The notes under the pieces were generated by a model, which had not been told where the DNA came from, ran no database searches, and saw nothing but the letters and a program-made list of their open reading frames with translations. The position numbers were made by a program, and so were the translations under genes. Of a DNA stretch of 64,000 nucleotides, positions 11,662 to 21,668 are shown piece after piece; within the stretch, counting starts at the first letter, position 1; the number at the start of each line of letters is the position of its first letter. Origin of the DNA: Azolla caroliniana (taxonomy: Eukaryota; Plantae; Polypodiophyta); contig JBHGNT010000001.1 of the NCBI GenBank assembly GCA_043228905.1, forward strand, positions 21,452,001 through 21,516,000, read 5' to 3'.

Positions 11662-12665
11662 TGATTGTGGTAACCTCTTTCTTTGTGTTGACAAGGAGAA
11701 AGATGATGATGGAATTGTCAATGTGTGTGTGGGTGTGTCTAGGAGTGTGAGGTTTTTCCTACCGACTAGCGGGGGTTTTACTCACATAGTTTGTTTCTTT
11801 TTATTATATCTCTCTCATTGTCTATAGCCAAGAGATTGGCGAGAGAGCTTTTGTTTGTTAAGTACTGCCAATAAGTGCTTCGCCATAAATGGCTTAGCCT
11901 CTAACAAGGGGGAGGGCTAAATGTGAAAGTGTTTTTAGAATCTAAGCCATTGAACATTAGGAGAATATAAAGTATAGATAATTCACCTTTTGAGGATAAG
12001 AACACGAACTAAGACCTTAGGGAAGAAGTCAAAAGTAAAAGTACGAGACCAAGAGAAAAGTAAAAAGAGAAAACGCAGACTATAAAAAACAGTAAAAATA
12101 AAATGGTCATAACTCCCTCTTTGTTTATCCAAATATCACGTTTAAATATGGATTAGAAAGCTTGTAAAAAGAGCTTTCTATAGCTTTTTAAATCGCTTAA
12201 TTTGGATATCGGATGAGGGAGATATGACGATTAGAAGGTTGATGTGTCATAGCTAAAAATAGGGAGATAAAAAGCTTCTAAAAATAGCATGAACGTGGAT
12301 AAGAAGAGGAAGGTTATAAAAGAAGAAGTAATATTAGTGAGGGGGGCGAAGAGTGAAAGGAAAAGAGTGGATGAGGAGTGTTAGGAAGAAGTGTCTTAGA
12401 AGAGGAAGGTCTTTGGTTTTAATGTGGAGTTTGTCTCCTTTGTATTCTCTTGATGTTGGAATATCAGAACATTCTTATTTCTTGCTCGCTTTCTCTATCT
12501 TTTTTCTTAGTTTCTTGAGTTATACTCTCTAATCATAATTACCTAGAGCTATATAATATATTATGATTTTCAACTCCATCTAATCGGTTTGGTCAAGCCC
12601 TCGTATAGTGTATAACTATCTATTATCTTATACACCCTATCACTATCGATGTCTTCATGTCGCAC

Positions 12666-13132
12666 AACCTCTTAACATTACACCACTGAATCCCCGATCC
12701 AAAGCTTACTATGCAGTGACGGTACCGATATCCACTAATCATTATTTCCAGATACGGTTGTTGGTCGGCGTTTCCTCCGATTCGTCAATACGAGAAGCAA
12801 ATTACTATGTGAATGAAAAAGTGTCTCCACTCAAGCCCAGAGGCAGATCTTATGCCACTCCACCTAGTCATATATAACTAGTGTACATCCTAGCTCCCGA
12901 GACCCTTTCATAGGATTCCAAAAGTTTTTCTCGCTCTTCAGAAGCCCACGGAGACAGAGTTGATGCTCCCACGTCCATGACATAAATAGTTAAAGCAGGT
13001 AAATAATTTGGGATTCAAGTTGTTTCACAAAATAACACTCATATATATTAAGCTCATAACAGTACCTCACAATTGCAAGGTCTCTCTACAGCTGAAGGAT
13101 AAGCGTGTTCTTAGGCCATCATGGGAACGTAG
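12666..13132 (-). pseudogene. nad7: nad7 exon 3 (NUMT copy, unedited)
   Basis: 467 nt, exactly 676-209. Encodes MMAQEH...DWGFSGVMLRG after editing; 13 in-frame stops, all at conserved Gln/Arg codons. Confidence 0.96.
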
Positions 13133-14272
13133 ATAGGGTTGAAAGTTACTCGATGCCAGTTGTGCTGCTGCTGTGTTGCACACGTTCACTCGCATCACAT
13201 ACACAAGTGCTCTCTGAACCGTGCGGGATGGTCACCCATCACACGGCTCTCCAACTTGAGTTACCCGAAGCGTTATCATGGTTTAGTTTCCGCCTCGCCA
13301 AAGAACTCCTGCCCATGAGCATTTAGATGACATCAGGACTAGAGCCTTCGTTTGTGAAGTCAACAAAAAAGCAGCGAACGTGGGTCGAAGGCCCGAAGGG
13401 CTGGGGAGAGTGCGGGGCGCGGCAAGCGCTTCTTTACCTCGCAAACAGCAGAATTGGGAGGGAGATAAAGCGGTTCATCAAACCCGCCCCTTTTTCATCC
13501 GGTTCATCATGAAGGCGCTGAGCCGTGCTCTGGCCAGGACGGAAGGACCCTGGAAGTCATTCTGGCAACATCTTCGAAGGGTGTGGGGTTGACTGGCCAA
13601 TTCCCGTTCCGACTGGCACAAACTCTGCCGGATGATGAAAACCGCTTCTTCGGCCGCTTCCCCCGGCGCTGCTCAAGTGTGCGGCGTCGGTCTGTCCGCC
13701 AATTTAGGCCCCTTCCCTTCCCTTCCCTTCCCTTCCCTTCTGCGACACTAGCAGCACCCTATGCTTACACGGTTCCCGAAGCAGAAGGTAGGCAGGTACT
13801 ATGAGCCCTCTGTCCCACACATCTATCCGGAAGTGCGGTTCACCGGTTTCACCGAATGCTCCTATTTCTCTAGCGGTTCATCCGGGTGAAGCGGGAAAGG
13901 TCGTGTGAGTGTGTGGTTACGCTTCAGATGTTTGCTATGCCCATATTGAATCCCAGTTTCCCTTATCCCCGGTGCACTCGCTTTGGATCCTCAACACACA
14001 GGGAGAGACGCGGTAGGGAGAAAGCCCGGCGCTGCCCAACACGTCCGGCTGATCGTTCCGCTGGCATCTCGCATTCACGATACTCCCCGTTCAACTGCCA
14101 CTCAAGAGTGTAGTTGGAGATACGCTAAGAGTTGGCTATTCCCGGTTATCTCCTTTTATGACATGCTGTTGTCGTCGTCATATCCTATACGTCGATTAGT
14201 AATATCCGCTCTGCCGTGGGTTTTTGCAGTGCCCACAGGAGGACTTCATTCGGTGACTTTTCACGGTCGCCC
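13133..14272 (-). ncRNA. Group II intron nad7i209g2
   Basis: Starts GGGCGAC, ends CCCTAT; domain V GAGCCGTGTGATGGGTGACCATCCCGCACGGTTC near 13216-13250. Confidence 0.93.
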
Positions 14273-14341
14273 TCCAAACGATCAGAATGAGGTAAAGCTT
14301 AGAAATACGTTTTATACTCGATTAATTTTTCCGTGCCCCTA
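14273..14341 (-). pseudogene. nad7: nad7 exon 2 (69 nt)
   Basis: T-AGG GGC ACG GAA AAA TTA ATC GAG TAT AAA...TTG GA = RGTEKLIEYKTY..ALP..DRL; length 209-140. Confidence 0.95.
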
Positions 14342-14760
14342 GTTGGGTAGGCGTCGGTCCCTCGCTGGCCGGATCCCCCCAACGGAACCGTACGTGCAAG
14401 TCTCCCCGCATACGGCTCGCGCCATTTTTTATAGGTCAGGTGGGGTTCAGCGGCCCAGCGTTCATTCGCTGGTGAAACGTATCTCGTTTGGTAGCTTATG
14501 CGCGTACGATTGGATTGCTGCCCGCCCCCTTGTTTCGTAACTCTCTTCCAGTGTCCCTCTGTTGGTTGTTAAAGAGGATACTTCCCTTGGAGGGAGGGGG
14601 AAAGCAAATTATCCTCCCTGTGGGCAGCGCCCGCCGCCTGTCGTCGCACCGTAAACCCGCCAAGGCCCTGGCCTTGGGCCCGGAGGAACCAACCCGTGGG
14701 CCTAGCCACGGCGGTAAGGCCGGCTCCTCATTCTCACTCCTTTCTCCAGCAGGCAGCTTG
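14342..14760 (-). ncRNA. Group II intron nad7i140g2, 5'-truncated; exon 1 absent
   Basis: Domain V GAGCCGTATGCGGGGAGACTTGCACGTACGGTTC and CCCAAC end; no nad7 exon 1 (NFGPQHPAAHG) seen upstream. Upper boundary approximate. Confidence 0.8.
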
Positions 14761-14858
14761 AACAGAAGAAATCGGCCTCCTCATTCCCGTCAAATGACCC
14801 GGCCCTCCCGGCTCGACCGCTTGCTTGGTTACGTTTCTGTAGTTTCGTCGGTTCCCGT

Positions 14859-16670
14859 CCCGGCTTTTCTTGTATGCTTTCGGCAAGCAAAAAAAACGCT
14901 AGCGGGCCTACCACGCTTCGCGCCTGCGTCTTTGCCAGACAGTATTTGCCAGTAGTGCCATCCCACCCAAGTTTCAATCCCTTCAATACAAAGCAAAGCC
15001 TCGATTACCACAGCTGCAATAAGCGAAGAGAATACGATACGATCAGCACGAAGCGGGGATTCCCAATCTCAGTGAACATCGGTACCAACTATGCCTACAG
15101 CGGCAGCGTAGCAAACCTTTGGGTTCGGGACTGGTTGCAGCAAGTACCATAGGGACTGATTGCAGCAGGTACCGGACTAGTGCTTCGGGACCGATCTAGG
15201 ACCACAGGGATTGGATTCCGTAGGGATAGCTTCATATCCTCCTTGCCGTATAGATATCACCTAGCGAACTCCAGGGACTGATCGAACCCACCGGTACCTA
15301 CGGGTTATCATTCTCGAAGTTGTTTTCTCTGCAAGAATAGGCCGCAGCCTATGCTATCTGTACGGCTACTTCTCTGCCGGCCTTTGATCAGAAGCAAGTG
15401 AAAGAGACCGGCCATTCTATAACCGAAATTCTTTTCTGCTGCACTGGTTCATCGGGCCGCCTCGACTAACGGCAGCATGAAGGCCGTTTATCCGCCAAAA
15501 AAGTGGTGCCGTGGCGAAGTCAATAAAACAGCGCAATGAGTGAGATTGCCCGTTATCCGCCTCACAGACAGCGGAAAGGCCTTCACCTGCGCTAATAAAA
15601 CTTAGCAGCAAGCAAGTTCTTCCGCATCCGCAAGAAGGGGGCAAGCAAGCAAGCAAGCAAGCAAGCAATTTGCGCAGCTAGGTTGGGCGGTTCTCTGTCT
15701 GCGTAGAGGGCATAATCCGTGTTTGGCTATCGACTCAAATTACAAGTGGTGACGGCTAAACTGTACAGTCATGCCGTAAATCACTATCCTTCACCGTTTC
15801 CCTGGCTGGAACGAAAGTTTATAGAAAGAAAGCCAAAATTAATTAATATTGGAGTAGCCATGGTTGATTGCAATGAGAGTGATTATACGCGACCTGGAGT
15901 TGAGTTCGAACATGTATGCAATAAGGTGCTAAAGTACTTGGTTGGCTTGAAGATAAGTATATCGTAGAACTTGTTAACAATCCATTGGGCTACTTTAGAG
16001 AAAGTGAATTTATTTAGGAGGAGGCGAAGGACGCACGAAAGGAGGTAGACTTTTGGTGTTACTTTAGGGAAAGCCCATCAGTTCGGTTCCTAATAAACAT
16101 TCACTCGTTACGGGATTCCGGGCGTCAAGGTGTGGATTTTACTTCATTAAAAGGAAACCGACCATTCTTTCTCATGAGAACCCATATATCATCCAGGGCG
16201 AAAGTCTTATGTAGTGTCTTGCTAAAATACCTTGGCGTTGTGAAGGATTTTTTTCTTTACAATCACTAGTTTAATAGGAAATAACTTTATTCTTTTTCTT
16301 TTCTAAGCTGTTTTTGTTACGAACCAATCTGTTGCTTACTGCCTGCGCGGATACGGGCCTTCGAGCAAGCAGTGAACGCAGCACCAGTCAATTCCTCGCC
16401 GCCGGCTTCACCCGGATGAACCGCTTTCAGGCACGACTTACGGGCAGAGAGTTTCTACACCATCCTCTAGGGCCCATATCCGCTCGCGAGGACCGACCTG
16501 GAAAATCAGTACAAGTTCTTCAAAGATATTTTAGCAAGGGACAAACTAAATCCTCAGGTCGGGTGGGATGGCACTACTGGCAAATACTGTCTGGCAAAGA
16601 CGCAGGCGCGAAGCGTGGTAGGCCCGCTAGCGTTTTTTTTGCTTGCCGAAAGCATACAAGAAAAGCCGGG
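14859..16670. repeat. Perfect 110 bp inverted repeat pair (14859-14968 / 16561-16670)
   Basis: CCCGGCTTTTC...TCCCACCC is the exact reverse complement of GGGTGGGA...AAAAGCCGGG. Confidence 0.95.
15719..16150 (+). pseudogene. Divergent rps3-like C-terminal domain
   Basis: One frame holds VGLKISIS and ends TRYGIPGVKVWI (S3 signature TRYGILGVKVWI after CCG>CUG); four internal TAR stops. Confidence 0.55.
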
Positions 16671-17063
16671 TATATACAGGAACCGACTCCTTGTTGTTTT
16701 TGCAACCATAGGAACTGCCATGAATGCAGGAGACTGCCCTAGGTATAAAGCACCGAGGAAAAGAAACAGATTGGATAAGACATGCCCATAGTCATAAACA
16801 GCTTAGAAAGATTATAGACCGAATTGCACGAGGACATCGCAACTCTTTAAAATAACAACGAAGAGTTGTTCCCGCAGGTGCTCCTCAATCTGTCGTAGAA
16901 TACACTACCCGATCTTTCGGGTGGCCTAGAAATCCTGAAAGATCTAGAAGTCTCTTCGGTTGTGGAACTGATTATTGGATTTTAGGATTTCTTCATTCCG
17001 ATTGTATTTGCAATAGGATTCATCTCCCTTACATTGATTATAGTAGCCAAGACTCTTTCATGT

Positions 17064-17458
17064 ACAAACCGTTTCGTGTAAAGATGGCTATTTTCTACGA
17101 ACTACAAAGATATAGGTACTCTACACTCAATCTTTGGTGTCACGGCTGGAGTAATGGGCACACGCCTCTTAGTACTAATCTGTATGGAATCAGCATAACC
17201 CGGCCATTAAATTCCTGGTGGAAATCATTAACCTTATAATGTGTTAATAATCGCTTACGCTTCTTTAACGACATCCCTTCCGGTTACGCTGGCGATGACA
17301 GGTGGATTCGGTAACCGGTTCGTTCTGATTCTTACAAGTGCACCTGACACGGCATTTCTATGATTAAATAATATTCTATTTCGGTTGTCGTCATCTTTGT
17401 TGTTGCTTTCATCAAGTTTAGCCTCAGTAGAGGTGGGTAGTGGCACTGGGTGGACGGT
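17064..17458 (+). pseudogene. cox1: cox1 exon 1 (NUMT copy, unedited)
   Basis: RWLFSTN(Y>H)KDIGTL...GTGWTV; 395 nt from the Met1-equivalent codon, which reads ACA. Confidence 0.95.
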
Positions 17459-18539
17459 TAAAAAGGCCGTGCCCTGTGGAGACATAGGGAACAGTAATTC
17501 CGCTCGATGCAGGAACGTCCTCGCTACAGAAAAAAAGGCTAAGCCGGGCCGCAGGCCTTCAACAAAATCCAAACTGCTATATGCAAAAACCTTTCCCACA
17601 AGGGGACAACCTGCCTGGGAGGGCGAATCTTCCCTCCCATCAGAGACTCAATGCGGAATATCTATCACTCTGCGGATAGCTTGTGGGTGTGAGCTGCTTC
17701 AGCAGGCAGCATCGTGCTCTAAGACGCGAGTACAACCTGAGTCTCCCTATTGCTTGCCCAAGGCAAATACAATCTACAGATCCTTTACTACGTCAGGAAG
17801 ATGCTTAATGTAAGGTCTGTCAATGCGGCGCATAAGATCATGGGAGTGTATCAGATCGAAAGATGCTAGCTTTTTCTTATATTTGGTCAATATCCATACT
17901 TGATTAGTAAGCATTTCTATTGCGAGGGAGTTCGTAAAGCCAGCCCATCAGGTATTAAAAGATCCAAAGCAGCAGCTCTCAATAGGGCACAAGTGCTACA
18001 TCCGTAAAGATTCAAGGGGTGCTACTCTTCTAGAGACTTGTGTCAATCTCGGAGGTATGGCCGCTGACCTTGATCGGCTTACCGGCTTTATAGAGGCAGA
18101 GAGACCTCATACAGGAAGGGCAGAAAACAAGGCGCTTCCCGAACCGAAGAAGAAGAAGCGGTTGGCCGAATTGGCCTTTATCAGGGGCTATGGGACGAAG
18201 GCCACATATTCTTACTCAACCGCCCGCCCTTCATGCTGAAGCCGCTTCTTTTCTTTTCTTTCTTGCGCGCCCTTATTGATTCAAGACTGTCTATAGTGGG
18301 ACAGTGCTTGGTACAAGTTAGCTCTTCTAAAGCGATTCGTATAAAATCACAAGAGCTGAAGCTCCGGTCAAGGGCCATCCGCCATAAGAATAATCGGGAA
18401 AAGTTCGAGTAGACCTGAGGGATTCTCTAAAGGAAAGGCTTCATGACAGGATGATAGATAAAGGTACAGTCCGATCCATACAGAGACATATGGCGTATAG
18501 CATTAGGCAAACACAACCTGAGGCTATTTAACATATGTG
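17459..18539 (+). ncRNA. Group I intron cox1i395g1 with decayed LAGLIDADG endonuclease
   Basis: Inserted GT|C after U and ends in G; R-like TCAGAGACT (~17640) and S-like AAGGTACAGTCC (~18461); remnants IFGQYPYLISK and (R>W)LTGFIEAE at ~18075. Confidence 0.88.
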
Positions 18540-19719
18540 CTATCCCCCTCTGAGTAGTATAACCAGTCATTCCGGAGGAGCTGTTGATTTAGCCACTTCT
18601 AGTCTCTACCTATCAGGTGTTTTCTTTATTTTAGGTTTCATTAATTTTATAACCATTATCCTTAACACGCGTGGACCCGGAATGACCATGCATAGATTAT
18701 CCCTATCCGTTCGGTTCGTTTCAGTGACAGCATTCCTACCTTTACCACCTCCTCTCGTACCGGCGGGTGCAATTACCATGTCATCAACCGATTGAAACTC
18801 TAATATCATCTCTTCTGACCCTGCTGGAGGAGGGGACCCTATCTTATACTAGCATCCTTCTCAGCTCCCCGGTTATCTAGAGGTTCATACTTTTATTCCG
18901 TCAGGACTTGGTATCATTAGTTATATCGTCTCCACTCTCCCCAGAAAACCTGTCTTCGGTTATTCAGGCACGTTGTATGCCATGATCAGTATTGGAGTTC
19001 CTGGATTTACTGCTCGGGCTTATTATACGTCTACTGTAGGCTCAGACGTGGATACACGTGCCTACTTCACGGCGGCCATCATGATTATTGTCGTGCTTAT
19101 TGGAATCAAGGTTCCTAGTCGGATTGCCATCATGTGGGGAGGCTCAATATAATACAAAACACTCATGTCATTTGCAGTAGGGTCTACTTTTCCGTTTACT
19201 ATAGGAGGACTTACTGGTATAGTCTCGGCTAATTTCGGGATAGACGTTGCTCTATATGATACTTATCACGTGGCTGCATATTCCTATCATGCATTTCTTA
19301 CGGGAGCTGTTTCTGCTTTATTCGTAGGGTTCTACTACCGGATAGGTAAAATGCCTGGTCTTTAATACCTAGAGACTTCGGGTTAAATTTATCTTTGGAT
19401 TACTTTCCTTGGAGCGAATCTGACTCTCTCTCTCACGCATCTCCCAGGTCCTTCGGGCATGCCATGTTGCATCCCTGATTATCCAGATGCTTACGTCGGA
19501 CGGAATGCCTCAAGTAGTTTCGGCCCTTATGTTCTCGTACCGGGGATCCCTCGTTCTTTTGTAGTAGTTTTCAAAACTTCGAGCAGTGGGAACAAGTGTG
19601 CTCTAAGTCCTCGGGCTGGTGAATAGAATTCAACCACATTCGAATGGATGGTATAAAGCCCTCCAGCTTTTCATACTTTTGGAGAACTTTCAGGTATCAG
19701 GGAAACCAGTCTTAAGCAA
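18540..19719 (+). pseudogene. cox1: cox1 exon 2; stop probably created by CAA>UAA editing at 19717 (first genomic TAA at 19768)
   Basis: Colinear, indel-free Cox1 from YPPLS to PPAFHTFGEL; deviations almost all C/U exchanges. Confidence 0.95.
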
Positions 19720-20074
19720 CCGGAACCACCGAATGGAACATGCCTGATTCCTATTTTTCGCCGCTTGTAACCTTGCCCTTAGCTGTCAGTTCTGGTTACG
19801 CAAATCACTTTGGCGTTCAGCCGCGTACCATCATCGGGTCCTCCCCAATGATAAGCTTGGTGCTTGACCGGCAGAGAAAAGTGGTCCGCATCCGCAAAAG
19901 ACGAGCAGATCCTGCAGCGAAGAGAACTTGAACTTTTACGCATAATGAAGAACAAAGGAAAGATACCAGAATACCGAAACAAACTACTACAAATAGAAGG
20001 ACAATCCATTCCGTATTAGCTTTCTCGTTCGCTACTTCGTCTTCAACTGTTCCATAGAATTAGAACAGAAACGA

Positions 20075-20133
20075 CGTCCAACTTGCTGCATGTGTTAGGC
20101 ATATTGCTAGCGTTCATTCCGGGCCAAGATCAA
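20075..20133 (-). pseudogene. Degenerate 5' fragment of small-subunit rRNA
   Basis: TTGATCTTGGCCCGGAATGAACGCTAGCAATATGCCTAACACATGC resembles the conserved SSU 5' helix region; possibly extends to ~20010 (GCTAATAC). Confidence 0.7.
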
Positions 20134-20159
20134 GCCCAGTTCTTTAGTCAATCCCTGCC

Positions 20160-21501
20160 ATACGAGGGAGGCAGGTTGATGATCTCTTAGTAAGTTATTA
20201 GCCAAAGCTAATAACCGTAAGCGGAACGGCCACTGACAAGGCGGATCATCCTACATTCCGGATACTTTCCCGGCCGGTGCAACGGCCGAAGATGCGGAAG
20301 ATAAGGGCCGGGATCCTGATAGGCCAAAGCTGCTTGCTTTTCGGAAATACTTCTTATTGTAGTTACAGTTTTGTCTGGCGGCAAGGGTCAATAGCGAAAG
20401 AGCGCTTGAAGTGCCATGGCTTTCCCTTGGCTGTTGGTGAGAATACTCCCGCCCGTCATTCGCCGCTGTCGGTCGTTGCGACGACTACGGAAAAAGAAAA
20501 GTCCAATAATTGATCAAAAGGCTACTAATACGAATTGAAATAGCCTCAAAATGATGCCATCGTTTCCGCTAGAGAAATCAACGATATGACCTACAGAAGT
20601 TTACCCCCAATCGACCTGCGGCCTGGATGTCGTAAGATATTGGCTAGCAGTGGTTTGGTTTGCAGCATCATTTATGCATTCATTGTGGCTGAAGAAGCGG
20701 TCTACTATAAGATCCAGCAGTGAGTTGGCAGAGTTACAGAGAGCGCCGCCCGCGCGCGGACCTTCTGATGGCCTACCTCGCCCCTAGACGAAAGGGCAAC
20801 CATCTACACCTGAAATACTGTCGACAGTATTTGCTTGCGGCGGAACAACAAAAAAGAGTGCAGTCTCCCGCTTAACCGGAATTTGATAAGGTTTCGCAAG
20901 ACACTTCAACATATACCTGACGTTAGCAAGGGGGAACCAAGGTTTCTGCCTCGGTTCCCCCGGCAGGCAGGCATTCTCGGAACGCCCGCATGATGAAAAC
21001 CGCGCCGATGAAGCCGCTTAATGAACGATGCCCGGATGAAGCGGTGGGTGCGCAGGACCAGTGGAAATCCATCGTGTCCGCAGCGAAGGCGCCGCAGAGC
21101 GACCCGATTATTAGATACTTATAGGTTATAAACCGTAAGCCTTCAGCCTTATGCAAATACCATCATGAACAAGTGGTCCTTAGAACAAGGTGAGAATGGG
21201 GGGAGAGCTACTAGAGGCGTTCCTTCTGCCGGCCTTCCCTTCAGTTGAGTGGCTGAAGCCCCGCCCCTGGCTGGTAAGCGCTATGCGCCATTCCTTTAAC
21301 GTAATGAACGTTGAGGGCGCGCGCGCCCCCGATGCGATGCCCGCAGTTTTATTTCCAAAATGAAGATCGAGGTGGAAGGCCTCATAATGAGATAGGTTCA
21401 ATAGTGTCCGTGCAAGCCGTATGCAGTGAAAGTCGCACGTACGGTTACGAGGGGGTTCGCGTCTATACGTGGAGTGTGGATGGGAGCCTATGTCGCCCTA
21501 T
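20160..21501 (+). ncRNA. Group II intron nad2i542g2, 3' portion only (left boundary uncertain)
   Basis: Domain V AAGCCGTATGCAGTGAAAGTCGCACGTACGGTT at ~21414; ends CCCTAT; no nad2 exon 2 upstream. Confidence 0.75.
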
Positions 21502-21668
21502 TTGTTCTATGATCTATGGGTCTACTGGAATCACTAACTTTGAAGAATCAGCCAAGACTTTCACTGGATATGAAATCACTTTGCTCAGTGCTCAATCTAG
21601 TGGTATCTTTATGGGGATCCCATTCATTGCTGTAGGTTTCTTATCCAAGATTACTGCAGTTTCTTTTC
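21502..21668 (+). pseudogene. nad2: nad2 exon 3
   Basis: 167 nt = 709-542; CSMIYGSTG...KITAV(S>P)F. Confidence 0.95.

Larger units (their letters stand above)
3316..12642 (+). mobile_element. Non-autonomous Ty3/gypsy LTR retrotransposon; LTRs 3316-4036 and 11922-12642 (721 bp); TSD CTATC
   Basis: TG...CA LTRs with 1 mismatch seen (3514/12120); TSD at 3311-3315 and 12643-12647; PBS TGGCGCTCCAGGGAGGG at 4040; PPT AAGGGGGAGGG ~11906. Confidence 0.96.
2911..12665 (-). ncRNA. Group II intron nad7i676g2, 5' part only (12665-12648 plus 3315-2911), split by the gypsy insertion and truncated at 2911
   Basis: Minus strand reads exon ...TTAAGAGGTT|GTGCGACATG (GUGYG start at 12665); the sequence resumes after the CTATC TSD with domain I-like sequence. 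Confidence 0.85.

Noticed and set aside
16164-16270. Possible sdh4 C-terminal fragment (VVKDFFL)
   Set aside because: Similarity is too short to support a call.
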